64,000 nt of DNA from positions 1 through 64,000 of the forward strand of contig QPGO01000287.1 in NCBI GenBank assembly GCA_008632985.1, read 5' to 3'. Position numbers and translations under genes: made by a program. Numbering within the stretch: the stretch's first letter is position 1; every line of letters starts with the position of its first letter. Below are positions 11,416-25,900 of this stretch, piece after piece. Origin of the DNA: Psammoneis japonica (taxonomy: Eukaryota). The notes beneath the pieces were generated by a model that searched no databases, was not told where the DNA came from, and saw nothing but the letters and a program-made list of their open reading frames with translations.

Positions 11416-14400
11416 TCACAATTCTGCCTCATTGGCGTGCCACTTGATGACAACTTTGTCTCCAGCAGACATGGCTGGGACATTGCACATGGTTTTCTTG
11501 ACAACATTCTTGATGCTCACTAGTCTCAATGAATCCAACTCATTTGGATCTTTAACTCTGGTGGAGAGAAAAGCAATTCCAGGCTGGATGTCATGTCTGG
11601 ATCTCTTGCAAACAATCATGCCCTTCATTGCAAAAGTGCAACATGTCTGGGCACATTGAGCATCCAATTTCTTGGCAGTCTTGTCCACCTTGTTGAGCTT
11701 CTCACTCCACAGGCAATCTGCATCGCCTGACAGTTCTTCTGGGAACTCTGTGATTGTACCTCAAAGGTGAGCCACCATGTCAACTTGCAGCACTCCTTGA
11801 ATTGTGCAATCCAGAGTCATGGCCAAGCAGTCATGCCTCTTTCCATGTGTCACCTTGACCTTTCCAATCTTGTCTGCATGAGTTTTGTTGAGCCAAACTT
11901 GAAATTCATCATTGACTTTGCTGTCAACATGGCTTGCTTTTAATCATCCACATGCCACATCACTGTGCATGCTGTTTTCTGTTCACAGTGCATTTTGCCA
12001 CACATGGATCACAAGGATTGACTTCAAATCCCATTCCTTTGATGTCCCTGTGGAACTTCTTGTGACAAAGAATGGAAGACACCAACATTCTTTGAGTCCC
12101 TTCATCATTTCCACATGGAGAGCCTTGTGCTTGCCTTTGCACACATGTGCTCTGCACAAGTCTCAGGCACTAATTCCAGCAGCATGTCCACCATCCTTCC
12201 ACGGATCTTCATGATGATTTTCTCCTCCATGCTCTCAATTTCCATTTGCACAAATGCACTCAAATGTCTGCTGTCATGACGTCTTGGCCTTGTTTGGCAT
12301 CAATCACTCTGTCATCAAAATGGACTCAGTGGATGCTGTTGGACTGGCAGTTTTGTTTTGGTCCATGCACTCTTGTTGCGTGCTTCCATTTGCACACAAC
12401 CTCAACTTGATCGACCATCTCTTTCTCTGTGAGAAACATGAGGCTCTCCATGGCTCTCTCACTCTCTAGGGAGTCATGTCCTTGATGTGAATGGGCTTGA
12501 AAACCACTTGTCATGGATCTGCTTCAGCTCTGACATGGCTACTTGTGGCCTGATTCTCCAAACTTCTGGAGTCCTCTTGCCAAGCTTTGAGTCTGAGCAA
12601 ATTGCTGGGCTTGCTCAATGGTGGCAATCATGCTGATCTTCTTGTTCCATTGGCACATCATTGCAGCCATGATTCTGGCTGTCTCAAGACTGCACTCTTC
12701 AACTTTTGTGTGAGCTTGAGTCTGAAGATGACATTGACAGTCACCAAGTCCAGTTGGGGGTTTCAGAGCCCTTCCTGATCTAGATGTGGCAATGGGCTCT
12801 TCATCATTGCTCTCTTTGGATTTGCTCTGTTCCTTGCTGTTCTCTTCTTTGGATTCCAGATCTTGCATTTTGTTGATGAGCTCTTGCACTTCTGGAGAGA
12901 CTTCCTTGTTTTGACTTGGATCAGCAAGCTCAATCATTTTGTCGATTTCTAAGGAGGCTCCACTTCCGTCAGACAATTGAGAAGCAACTTCATCATTTTC
13001 TTCCAGTTGCTCATCTTGAGGCATTTCTCCTTGTTCATGTCAATGAAGCTGGCTTCTTCATCCAATTCTTGATCTCAGATGATTTCTTGCAGCTCTTCTT
13101 GGCTGACTTTGTCATGCTCTCCCCAGTCTGGTTCTTCATCCTCATCACACTCTGTTTTGATGTCTTCTTCTTGATTGCAGTCTTTGTCTTCAAATTGACC
13201 TTTGTCACAATCCACTCCTGCAAGCCAAGCACTGTTGCACAAAACAATTCTGGTGTGATTCTCAATCTTGAGACCATTGGGCATCTGGTTCAATTCAGCC
13301 AATCAATGAACTTTTTTGATGATGGAGGGAGTGACGGGCACAGGAGTGACCTTGTGACAGGTGATCTTCTTGCCTGTGTGCAAGTGCAGCAACTTGTGTC
13401 CATCTGCTGGTTGCTGTTGGTGGGGTGCAAATGAATGCAATCCAAGGTCCTCAACTGCTTTTTTTGGTGTTCTTGGGGTCTGGGTTGTTGTGAGCCCGCA
13501 CGCAAGCACCAAATGCAACCTTGCAGCTCTTGTCATGATCCAGACTCTGTTGATGCAGAACCATTCTCAGACTGCAATGTTTTGAAACACCGTGCTTGGC
13601 TGGAAAATGATTGAGCTTTCTGGCAGCTTCAGTGACCATGAGTTTTGGCAGATGCTTGGATGGCAGTTGATGACAGACTGCCCTGGTGCATTCCTGAATG
13701 ATGCAGTTGTTCCTTTTGCCTTCTGAGGCATGTTCCTGAGCACTTGCACAAATCATTGTGAGATCAAACTTGTCTTCCAGCTCAGGCCTAACAGGCCGGA
13801 ATTCATTGTTGCAACAAATGCATGTGACCTTTAAATGGCCCCATTGCAGACACGCAGCTCACCTTCCAGAGCTGCCTTGTGGGTCTCTGGGTCAAATCGC
13901 AAGTGGCTGCACAGTGAGGTAAAAAATGTTTCATGACACTGTGGTGAGAAATGGCAATCCATTTACCTTCAGTCTGTCCAGTCAAAGAGTGACTTTGTGC
14001 TGAGCCACAATGAGTTCCTTGGGGATCTCCACACAATCTTCTGTGACAGGCTCTGGCTTGTGCCTGGCACCTTGCCTTTGAGACTTCCGATGTCTGGTCC
14101 AAAGATCTGCTGGCCAAGCCCACATCCTCCACAGTTGCGGGATTGTTCTTGATGCTGTTCATGTGAATGATGGTCTTCAGATCCTTCATGGTTGGGTCTC
14201 CCAATTGCACAACAATTCTTGAGCCTTGCTTGGCTTTCTCAAACTGGCATGGAGTGCAGAACTCCTTGTTTTCTTCCACACTCTGCACAAATTAGAGCTG
14301 AGCTCCAGTTTTGCCAATCTTGGGCTTGCAAACGTGCAGCCCTTTCCCATCTCCTTGAACCTGACCTTCTTGTTGGGCAGATGAATGGTGAATGAGTTGT

Positions 14401-14420
14401 CTTGCAAGGAATCACTTGTG
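11416..14420 (-). mobile_element. Degenerate Copia retrotransposon B (integrase-RT region; different family from A)
   Basis: 'QSVEENKEF', 'AQEHASEGKRNN..IQECTRA', 'LNHFPAKHGVS', 'GLQKFGESG', 'MESLMFLTEK', 'GFEVNPCDPCVA', 'CKRSRHDIQPGIAFLSTRVKDP'. Confidence 0.88.
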
Positions 14421-17400
14421 CATCAGAGGCTGCAACACAGCGGTCATTGCTGTCATCATTGTTTGTTTGCCATTGAGTTGCACTCATGTTTTCTTTTAAA
14501 TTTGAAAGTTAAATTTGATGGTTTTTTGACAATGCAGGGCATTTGCACATTTCATGAGGAGTTTGTCATCTTTTTACATCAACAGTTTGTTTCAAAGCAA
14601 CCTGAATTTGAAAATCTTTTGTGGTCAATTCTTTGTGTTGCAATGACCAAAATTGCTTTTGATGCTTTATTTTCAACTTGGTTTTTGCTTTTCCCACCCC
14701 ATTTGTGTGTCGCTGAGTGTGCTGGCATCATGTCTGCGCCCCAGTCATCTCCATGGGTGCACTTCCTCTTTGCACCTCACTTTTTCCCAGGGCTCTGTGC
14801 ATGTTTTCCACTGCATTTTTAGCACTTTTTCTGCATGCACCATTTTCTGCACATTTCACAACAGTGCACCCTCTCCCCAAAATCCATTTGACCAGCGTGT
14901 GTGCTGCTGTGATTCATGCACTTTCCATGTGAATCACCAACTGATTGCTGGCCATGGTGGTCAAGGACTTCACCCCCCATCCATGGACAAGGTCAACCCC
15001 GATCCCTCATTTGTCTTTGCTGATGATGTCAATTTTGACAAAATGGGACATTTTGCCAATGGTTTTGGAGTGGAGCTGTTTGAGCCCAAGCTCAAGAGCA
15101 TGACTGCCATGCATGCACCCAAAAAGCAGTTTGTGAAGAGAACAAATTGGTTGCCCTCTCCAGAATCCCTTGCACTTCCCTTTCTTTGTCACAAGCCAAA
15201 GCCTCGTTGCATTCCCTGCATTGCTGAAGTCATCTGCACCAACAGCATTGTTGCAAAAACTCTCAGACATCCCAATGTTTGGTCCTGCATCATGACTCAT
15301 GGTTGGTTGATGAAGAAATCCCACCAGAACGAAGGCAAACATGTTCTTCAGTGTTGAAATTTGGACAATTCTTTTTTTCTACGCAGTGCCACAGGAGAGA
15401 CAGGAAAAGAAGAGGAGCACTGTCGTGACCTTCACCACAACATGAAGGCAACGGCAGGGTTTGTGTGCCACATCATTGCCGGCAAGGACCTCAATGATCC
15501 TGTCACAGGTGAGCCTTGTTTCTGTTTTTATGGTGCAAAAGTCTCCCAAGATCTGATTGATGACTGTGCACATGACCTTCACAGTGCACACTTTGTCATC
15601 AAAACAGTCATGCATTGTGTCCTCTGCAAACCCAAGGACAGGAGCCATTGGTTTGTGCAGATCTTTTGTCACATCACTGCCCACAAGGAGTTGTGCATTT
15701 TTGTCAACAGCTTTCTTGTCACATGCAAGTCCAATGAAGTTGGTTCCAAGGAGGAAAAAGTCAAGGGTTTCTTGGACAAACTCTGTGACATCAAGAACTT
15801 GGTGACAATGGAAGGCAATGCTGCAGCCACTCAAGAGGCATGCAAGGCAAAAATGAATGCCATGTCACAGCATGAATTTAGGAAGCATTGTCCAAAAAAG
15901 CAACCCAGCACACAACCCAGGTGCTCCAAACAGCTCACATGCCCTGTTGCCAAATGCCTGATCAAAGGGCTGACTGCTTGGATGATGATGAAAAACCGGA
16001 GCATGGTTCAAAAACCAAACGTAAAATTGGAAGGATGCACAAAGATGGCACCTGCGTGCATGATGCTGGCAAGTGCTTCCTTGCACCTGCACTGTTGTCA
16101 TGTGTTCCTTTTTTTATGGATCTCTTCCCTCCTTGATTTTTTTCTCCACAAGAGCCTTCTTTGACTGTCCATTGCAAGAAGACAAGACCATTTGTTGTGC
16201 AAACCCAGGACATCCCTTGGTTTCTGGCAATGTGTCATCCTCCAGGGAGGCACACCACACCCCAACCACTGACATTCCCCCCTTGTCAGGAGGATTCATG
16301 GATCTGGCCAAACCTTCTCCCCCCTCCAAAGGTTCTCTCTCAAAAGGATGCCTCTCCAACATGGGTGTTGCTGCAAATGCACCAGTGCTTGCCTCTCCTC
16401 CAACTGACCCCAATGACATGTCATGGCCAGACAAGTTCATGCTCCATCAATGCTTTGACCAATCTGAGTGTCACGCTGAGGAAGTTGTTGCGCACATCTC
16501 ATGCCTTCACATTGTCAACAATGCCACAGATGTTGAGTGTGCCTTGCAGATGATTTGAGGCAAAACTGGCACAAGCTTGCCAACAAAACCACCTTGGGCA
16601 ATCCCACAATGGGCTCCCAGGTCTGCATTGAATGCCCTCCTTGCCTGGGGATCACTGCTCAGAGGATCTGTCCATTGCCAGACAAGCAAGTGCATTGCAC
16701 AAAGCTCACTTTGGCAGTCTTCAAGTCTGCTTTCCAACCCTCCTTCTGCTTTTTTTGAAGGGAAAGTCCAATCTCAAGCACAGCAGATTGGTGGCTGTTG
16801 AGTCTGGAGACAAATGAAGGGTCAAGTTTGAAGTTTGGTTGTGCCAGACTGGCTCTTCCAAATCTGCCAAACCCATGGCAACACATGGTCTTGATGTTTT
16901 TGAACATTTGTCTGTCTGGTGAGTGCAAGGATGAACAGCTTCAAATGACTCACCGTCACTTTCTTTTTAAAAAAACAATGAAGCCGTGAAGAGAAGAACA
17001 AATCCTCATGCCGAGTCCCAAAAAAAAACCAAACCCCAATTTCAAGTGCTGTTGCACCTTTGCCCAGCAACCCCGGCGCCGGCCAACCCACACTTCCAGT
17101 GCACTCTACAGAGGATGCGGCAGAAATGTTGTGCAATTAGCCGGATTTGGTGCCCTCAGCAGAGGGTGCCCGATGGAAGCAGCTGAAGATGGTGCGAGTG
17201 CCTCTTTTTGCCAGGCGCTTGGCTTCTTTCAGGCTTTCTTTAAGTCTTGGGCAGACCACAGAGATCCAATTTTGAGCCCTCATTGCAGCGAATGATCGGT
17301 GTTCTTCAATGGAATCAAGCAGTGCACCTCTGTCTTTAGCCAAATGTTCTTGTCGTTTGTTGTGTGTCGCCATCAATTTGGCTTCCACCTTTCGTCTTTG

Positions 17401-19019
17401 CGATGATTTGCGAGAATCTACGTTGTGTCCGTGTACGAGCTGGTCATGCCGAGTCCCAAAGTTGACATTGGCCCAGTCATGCATGGGGCCTTTGCTGTTG
17501 CAGTCTGGGTGGGCACAGCAAGAGTCAACTCCATTTTTGTTGCAATGCTCAGTGTTGCACAGAAGCCTTTTGGAGGAAGTCTCTAAGTTGCTGACACAGT
17601 CCCTCCACTTTTTCCCTGCAAACTTGAGCAGGACCGGGTGCACCTGACACTGTTTTTGCTTCCCCAGCCAGAGGAACAAAATGGCCTTGCATGTTTCACC
17701 ATGCTTCAGTGAGTGCAAGCTCCCACCCAGTTGGTGTTGTGCAATCTTCCCTGGAGTGTGATTTCCTTTTTCTGCCTTGGATGAAATCCATGGGTTGGCA
17801 AAGATGGTGTTGTGAACCATCATTTGGTCTTCCATGCAAGACACCACCTGGCTGAGAAAGATGTCAAAGCTGTGCTGTTGGGCTGTTGCCAATGGCAACT
17901 TGAAAAAATCCTTCAACAATGATTCACCCAGTCCCCAGCAAAAGTTCATGGCACGTCAGAAAAAACATGGGAATGTTGGCAAGTGAAGCAGTTCATGTGG
18001 CTTTTGCAATTTCCAACCAGCTCCTTTGTGCCTTGGGGAGAAATGAACCACACAAGAAACAAGCAATTGAATTTTCTTGGCAATTTTGTGCAGGTCATTT
18101 CTGTCTCTTGGTGGGTTGCCCAGCTTGCACCATGCATGGAAGGCAAGCAAGACTTTGAGTGGCTTGACACACTGGCAAACACTGCATCTTTCTTTTGATT
18201 GCCCCCCACGGATGGCCAACAGCTGGATGTCAGATGTCGTCAACAAGAGAATGAACCTGGGTGACAAATGCAAGCGTGATTGTGAAGACAAGAAAGAGAG
18301 ATGCCATCAAAGACACAAGTGTGGGCAGAAAATGGAAAAAATCTGTCACAGATTCATGGAGTGTTTTGTCAGATGTGTTCGTGATGCAACAAACACATTT
18401 GATGGAATGACTGATTGTTCTCACAATGGAAGCCACAGCAATTTTGTCATTGCACACTTGGAGGAAGATGCCATGGATGAATCAGATTGGACATTGATCA
18501 TTGCGCCAAGTTGAGAAGAAGGCTGGGAACTGGCGGGAGGGATGTGCGTGTTGTTTGCGCCAAAGAAAAAACTTTTGCAGGTGTTGACATTCATGCACGC
18601 ATTTAGATCAGTTTTAAATGTGTGCAAATGAATGTTTGATTGCTGAAATTGCAGTGAACAACATGGACGCCCTGGCTTGGGAGTGCGGGGCTTCAGGCTC
18701 ACATTGTTTGACAGTGTGGCGCTCACGCTTTGCAAGAGTGGCAAGCATGTGAATTTTTACAGTTGATGAAAAATGTGCTTTGGGGAGAAGGACATTTTGT
18801 TTTTCAATGGTTGCTCATGTGTGATGGTCACAAAGACAAAATTTGACAGTGTCATTTGTTTCACTTGAAAAGAAATGGAGTCATTCGATGTTCTTTAGTT
18901 TGCCGCAGAACATGTTGAAGTGTTTGTGTGAATGGCAAACAATTGTCTGTTGTGTGGTGTGCTTGTCTGCAGAAGTCCTTGCAACACCATGGTGACAATG
19001 TGCCCAGCATGCAGCAAAG

Positions 19020-19555
19020 GACTGCAGAGAATCATTTGCTGATGCAGAATGCCAGATGCAGCACAACTTTCTGACAGTGCTGTTTGGTGAGACTCCAGCC
19101 AATGATGACCCAAGGCTGGCCCTGTCTGCAATCCCTGTCAATTTTCCAGGACTTTCCATCCCTTGTCCAACAGAGTCTGCAGCTCACAACTGTGAAGTGA
19201 GTGCTCTCACGTGCTCCCACGAGATTGACTCACTCTGTGGCTGCTCCCATTTCTCCTCTGCAGTTCACAAGGACACCATGCACAAAGTGAAACAAGAAGT
19301 GGCCAGTCAAAGCACATTGGGAGACCCTCAAAACATTCCTCAGGACCCCACCTGACCTCAAGGCCAGAGCTGTCAAGCACAGTGCCAAGACTGGAGCGTG
19401 GCTGTGTCAGCACTCCTTCTGACACTGAATGGCACAGAACTCTCATGCCAAGAGCTCCACGATGTGATCTTCTTGCATTGTGGCGGCACTCCACCAGACC
19501 TCCTGGAGTGCTGCAATGGATGTGGATGCAAATTCTCCATGAACCACGTCCCTCA
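19020..19555 (+). mobile_element. Non-LTR retrotransposon fragment (CRE/NeSL-like; post-RT region and zinc knuckle)
   Basis: 'FLTVLFG..RLALSAIPVNFPGLSIPCP' and 'LNGTELSCQELHDVIFLHCG..CNGCGCKFSMNH' resemble the C-terminus of restriction-like-endonuclease LINEs. Confidence 0.7.
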
Positions 19556-19581
19556 ATTGAACCCCACCCATCCTGACAGTG

Positions 19582-19944
19582 TGCCAACCCACTGCCCACA
19601 GAGATCATTGATGTCAAGCCTGGAAGACAACAAAAACCTGTCAACATGCCAAATGCGGCACCAGAATCCACTCCACTTTTGTGTGCACAGCCTGCAAAAA
19701 AGTTCGTGACAACTGCCCCTTGCTTGCACAACTGCATTGGCCACATGACATCCATCTCTTTTGGTGCGACAGATGTCACATGGTTAATGCAGTCACACAA
19801 GCGAGGGGCAGTTGTTGTGTGCAACTTTTTGCAGGCTGTGCATGCAAAATTTGAATGGATTCTGGTGCCAAGTTCAGCATGTTGGCAGGTTTTTGTTGTC
19901 TTCCAGGCTCGATGTTGATGGTCTCTGTGGGCAGTGGGTTGGCA
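19582..19944. repeat. ~360-bp imperfect palindrome (foldback/MITE-like)
   Basis: 19582-19752 is the reverse complement of 19772-19944 (tgccaacccactgcccacagaga.. / ..tctctgtgggcagtgggttggca), with a loop of ~19 nt. Confidence 0.85.
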
Positions 19945-22900
19945 ATGACAACCAGAGTGCAAAGATGAGAACATCAACAAAACCAACCAATCATGTGGAA
20001 CTTTTGACAAGATCAGTTTAGCCACATGAACAGAATGCTGTGTGCAGGTGCAGTGGCAGTTGTTGTCACTCATTTGCCGTGGCATTCTTTTTCAGAAGTT
20101 GCATTGCTGGTGCAGCTGTTCATCACACTCAGTTGAGAATTTACAACAGGACAACAAAATGTCATGGAAGAGCAAAATGTTGAGATTGGGTTGAAGGTTC
20201 CTGCTGAAGATGATGCAAACAAGGAGGAGACAAAGGCCAATGTCAAGAATGAGGATGATTTGAAGGAGGGGCAGGAAAACAAGGAGATGCAGGATGTGTC
20301 TGTGGCCAGCAATCATCCTCAAGGCAGAGGAATTGACATTGCAACCACTCCCACGTCAGTGGATCCAGGACAAGTTTTCACCTTCATGGCCAGTTTTTTG
20401 CATGACAAAAAAAGAAATTTGGAATGTCAAATTTGTTTGGGGCACCCAGAGATGTGACCACGCATCATGCCAAGGGAAAGGATGATGTTGCTCCAGATGA
20501 AGAGAAAAGATCCAATGAAAAAGATTCACAAAAGTGATTTGAAGCCAGGAAAGAAAGAGAAGAAGAGCACAAGGACAACTGAACCTGAGTCAGAGGAGGC
20601 TCAGGCTAAAAGAATGGCCTGTTTGAACAAGTTGAATGAATGTTTTGATGAGTTGGTCATGACTCCAGAAATCAAACAAGAGACATTGGAGTTTTTGTCT
20701 AAGTTCCCGGATGATGTGGAAAATTTGGGAAAGTGGTTGAACAAACAATTGTCCAATGATGATGACAGCTGTTTCATTGGCACGTCAATGGAAAGCATTG
20801 TTGAATTTGACAAATGCTTGTGAGCTGCCATGAGAGGAAACAAGATGGAAGCAAAGACGTTGAGAAAGGACTTGTCAAAGCAGCTGCCTGATCTTGGGTT
20901 TTCATTGGAGGGATTTGACGACTCCTGTTTCTGGATGTTTAAAGAAGGTTTTGAGGGTGGTGACAACCCGTTGAACTTCAAAAAGAGTTCATTTGTTTTC
21001 CATGAGGTGAGTGTGAAAATTGATTTCAAGAATTTTGACAATCTGTTTCTCTTTCCAGTCTGGCTGTTGTTCCATTGTTGCTTGGTTGCACAAGAATGAA
21101 ATTAAGAAGCTGGAGATGCAGCAACTGGCACATCATTTTTGCAAGCTCATGGCAAAAAATTGTTCAACAGCGACTCAAAAAAATGTCACCAGAAGTTTCC
21201 AAAATTGGAAGAATGATGGAAAGGTGTGCCGAAGGGAGAGAATGATTTTGGGTGGGTGGGTCATCCAGTTGCGTTTTGTTGAACATTGGAAATGGCAAAA
21301 TTGGTTGTTTCACAAGCTGTTCTTTTTGTTGTTTACAGTCAAAAGGATGTCAACAAACAAAGGAGAATTTTGTGCTTTTTGCATGGCTTTGGGTCTCTTT
21401 CTAAGTTTTCATTGGTTGCAATGACACACTCAAATTGTGGTCTCTGAGTTGTTTGTTGGGGATTTGGAAAGCAAGATGACAAAACTCAGAAAATGTTTGA
21501 AGTCTCACAGAAGTGGCTCACATGTGGCTGTTGCAAAACTTTTGAATTGCACTTTGGAGAATCACATCCCAAGGCAAAAGCATTGCACCAAGCAACAAAT
21601 GCTTGAAGATGAAAAGTGAAGTGCAAAGAAGGCTGGGGTGAAGGGCAGCAATCAAGTTGGAGGAAGTGATTTTAAGTTGAGTCCAGCACAAATGCGGTCC
21701 AATGCACCAGCTGCAATGCCTCAAGACACAGCAAAGAGAGCAGTTGTGAGTGCAATTGTCCACCGCAGTTGCAATTTGGCGACATTGGAAATCCTCCAGG
21801 CTGCAGCTTGAGTTGGCAACAAACCCATCAGCAATGAAGTGGCAGAGTCTGCCAAGCAAAAGTTGTGCATGCGCAAGTGGATGCAAGTGCTTTCACAACA
21901 CAAGTCCATTTAATTTAGTTTGGAAATTGTGGGTTGCATGTTTGTTCATTGACACTTTTTGTGTTGTGCTTCTTTTTGTTTTGCAAACGTGGCTGCGTTG
22001 GTCTGATGGAGGAAGACTGCAATGAAAGTGGTCACAAGAAAAAAAGACACACAACTGAAACCACCAAATCAACTTCCAAAGCTCGCACACTGATGAGGAA
22101 GAGGTCAAAGAGGACAGCTCAAGCAACAGTGATGGTGAAATTCCTGGTGATGAAGAAAGTGTGGAATCTGTGGCTGGGGAGTGCAAAAGAAAGTTGCAGA
22201 AGTGGAGAGTCTGATTGAAAAGGGCAAGGAAATGTTTCAGCCACATTTGGAAGACAAGAGCAGCAAGAGCAACAACAATTGGTGTCAAGCCGTGATTCCA
22301 CCACAATGTGATGGTTGCATTGGCAACAGCAAGCATGTCCAGTTGTGTTGGGTTTGTTTGAAGTTGCCAAAATGTGGTGTGTTTGAGATGTTTTCATGCA
22401 GCAATTAAGTTTGATCAAAACACAACCACTGCAATTCATGTGATGCAAGAATTGGCAAGCTTTGTGAGTGAGAAACATTGGCAACATCTCATTCTTAAAT
22501 GTTGTCATTGGTTTGGCATGAGTGGTTGATCAACAGCACAATTTGCAACCTTGTCATGCTTGTTTTTAAGTCAGTTGTCAAAGATCTTGTGTTGATGACA
22601 AACAAAGATGATGGTGTTGTCATCGGCTTTGTTGCTGACAAACTCAAATTGAAAATGGGAGAAAAGCACAAACAAAACCTGGTCTGGACAGAAGATGTGA
22701 TGATGAATGTGAAGGAAAAGGTCATCCTGCATGGCATTGTTCATGAACCTCATTGGACGCTCATGCTCAAGGAAGAAGAAATGTTTTCCTGTTTGGGTGA
22801 AATGGTGGCAAGTCAGTTGAACAAAAGCAAAGAAGGCTCAGAAGACATCCACCTTCAAATCCATCATCATGTGCACAAAGGGCACAAGTTGATTGTCCAT

Positions 22901-25900
22901 TTGAATCCCAAGGAGGATGAGATCACCACATCATTTTATCAAGATGCAGTGTTGGTGGGCAGCTTGGCGGGATTGAGATGTCATCAGCAAATCAGAGAGG
23001 CTTGCACCATTGAGTTGAAGCATTTGCAGTCATTGTGTCACAATTGTCATGTCAAAATTCAAAGCAGTGCAAGCACAGCCAAAGAAAAAGTGTCAATGGC
23101 AAGCCCAAAAGACAACAACAAAAAAAGATGCCAAAATTCATTCGAGTTTTGCATGTGTGGCGCACAAAAGTCAGCGCGCAACAATTGCTCTTTGCTTGCA
23201 CGACTGCATCAACTGCACAATGTTCACTTTGTCATCAGTGGGGAGTTTGGCAAGATCACATTGCATGGGTTAAATGAGAAAGGATCAGAACAATGTTGAG
23301 TTGTCACATCAAAATGGTTGTGCTTGTTGTCTCAAAATGATGTCCAAGGAGAAAATCTGCATTGCATTGCAAGTTGATTAAACCAAAGTGGTTGTTGATT
23401 AAAAATGTTGCGCGTGCAACAGTTGAAAATTCAATCAAATTGCAGAATCACAATCGCTTTTCCATTGTTGCAAAACACAGTCATCACAACAACACATGTG
23501 CACGTGCATGTTGAGAGTTGTGCTGTCATGTTTCCAGGTTTCTGCTCAATTTCTTCAAAACATTTTTGCATTTCACCACAGACTTCCATGACTCTAAATG
23601 CCAAGATGAGCAAAGGTTGCATGGACAACAAATGCCGCATCAACAAATTGAGTTGGTGTGCCCAACCTGGAGAAATGCATTCCCTGAATCAGCTCATTCT
23701 GGATGACAACATTGTCAAGATCATGACAACTCATGGAACAACATTCACTGAGAATTGGGCAAAGGAAAACCTGAGCTGAGCTGCCATGTTCTTCCATCCC
23801 AGCACTCACTTGCACCCCGTTGAGGTTCTTGGCTGTGGACTTGTGAACCCGGCAATTAATTTGGGAGATGATCAAGATGAATTGAAGACAGTTCCTTCCA
23901 ACAATCCACCAAAATCTTTGAAAAACTTTGATGAGAGCAAGCCAAATGAGTGTCTTTGGCTCCTCCATGCACACGTGAATGAAGTCAATGAATGACAAAC
24001 CACCAGCAAAAACTGCTCATCAAATGGAGCAAGTGTCAATGTCAAATGGTGTCATTCATTAAATTTCCATCTCATGTGCTGCCATTTGGTGTGACGCTGG
24101 AAATGTGTTTTGCTTGTGATCAAATCAATTTTCAGAAGTGCAACATTTCTGCTCCATTTCCATGATGATGGCATCCAAGTGTGCCAGCTCTTCAGACTTG
24201 CTTCTTTTTTTTTTTTGGCACAACTCGATCCAAACAAAACAGAAATTCAAAAAGTGAGTTGCAGCCACTCTTGTCATCTACCTCTTGAATGTGGCCCAAC
24301 TTCAATTCACAATCAGTGCCAGAAACCCCACAAGCAGGGTGTGCTTTGTCTTTTTTCTGCCAAATTGACTGCTTTTCCCATTTTGTAGATCCTTCTTTGA
24401 TGATGCTGTGGTCAAGAACAGATGACAATCAAACCAAACAATGGGTTTGAATCAAGGATTCCTTCATTGTCATGCCAATGATGGACTCAAACGGAGCAGC
24501 TGACTTCAATTTGATGCAAATGTCAGACTCATCAATGTCACGATCATTGTCAATCTTTGTGTCAACCATTGTCACACTTGCACTGTTTGACAACATGAGA
24601 GCAACAATTCAAGCAACAATGCAGAGGAAAGCTTGACACAAGAACAATGTTCACACCCGTTCTCAATCAACATTCTCATTGCAAGAAGACCACACAAATT
24701 TTTTGGGGGAAAAGAATTCAAAAGATGCAATTGTTTGACTCTTGTGTCAAAATGAACACAGGGTTCAAGATTTTGAGGAAGCAATGCCATGTGTGTGTGA
24801 TTTGAGTTTTGTTTGCTTTGATGTGTCACACAATTTTTTCAGCAAGACATCCTCTAAAACAGTGTGCCAGTGATCACTTGCTCACTTGTTGTGCCAAAAT
24901 GATGCAAAAACAAGGCATGTTGCCACACTGTGCAATTTCAGCAATGAAATTCTTGGCAAACAACATGGTCACATTGTGACACTGCAAAAAACCAGACACA
25001 TCATTGCATTTTCCAATTACAAGCACAATGAACAGTGGTCAAAAATTGCACAAAGTGCCATGTTTTCAATGCGCTGCACACCCCAAATTGCACGTCAAAC
25101 ACACAACCAAGGGATCACACACACAACATTAAAGCACTTGCAGCTTGTGGATGGAATCTGCAAAGATGAAAACAAAACGTGATGTCAAAGAGATCACCCT
25201 GTCAAGCAAAATTGGAAATGCAGAAGAAAAAAAAAGACAGCACAACTTGCGAAACAAGACCATGTGCTGCTCTGCATCAAAGAACAAAAAGGACACAAAG
25301 TGTGCAAAGAAAACATTCTGTTGAGGAAAGAATTGATGGATGCAAAAGGAGTGCCACTCAAAAACAAAGAAAAGCATCAAATGTTGTCAATTGAGTTGAT
25401 GTGGGTGTGGAGGACAAAGATGAATGCAAATGAATTGTGCATTGCCAAAAACACAAATTCAGCTGCAAAAGGAGAAAATGAGACATGATGTCCATTGTCC
25501 TTGCCAAGTGTTGTTTTCAACCAAACTGATGCAACAGAAAGGACAAACAAGTTTGTTTGCTCTGACCATTTCAGAGTCGACATTGGTGGCAGGAAACACA
25601 GATGTCCATGATCTTCAGACATTCCTTGCATCTTGTGATTTCAAGATGCTGCAAGCCATGCTAAAACCACTGCACGCATTTTCAAAACCAGACAAAGTTT
25701 GCAGTGACAGGAGACATGGCATGGGTTTTGCTGAGCTGGCAATCTGCAAGAACAAGTTTTGCTCAGACATCACAAACTGGGAGAATGGAGTGGCGCATCC
25801 AAGAACATCTCAAGTCTGGCCAGATGGAGGCATTAAAATGGCAATGGCAATGGTTGTGGATGGTTTGTTGAGACTTTCAAGTCTTTCTTTCTTGTCTGCA

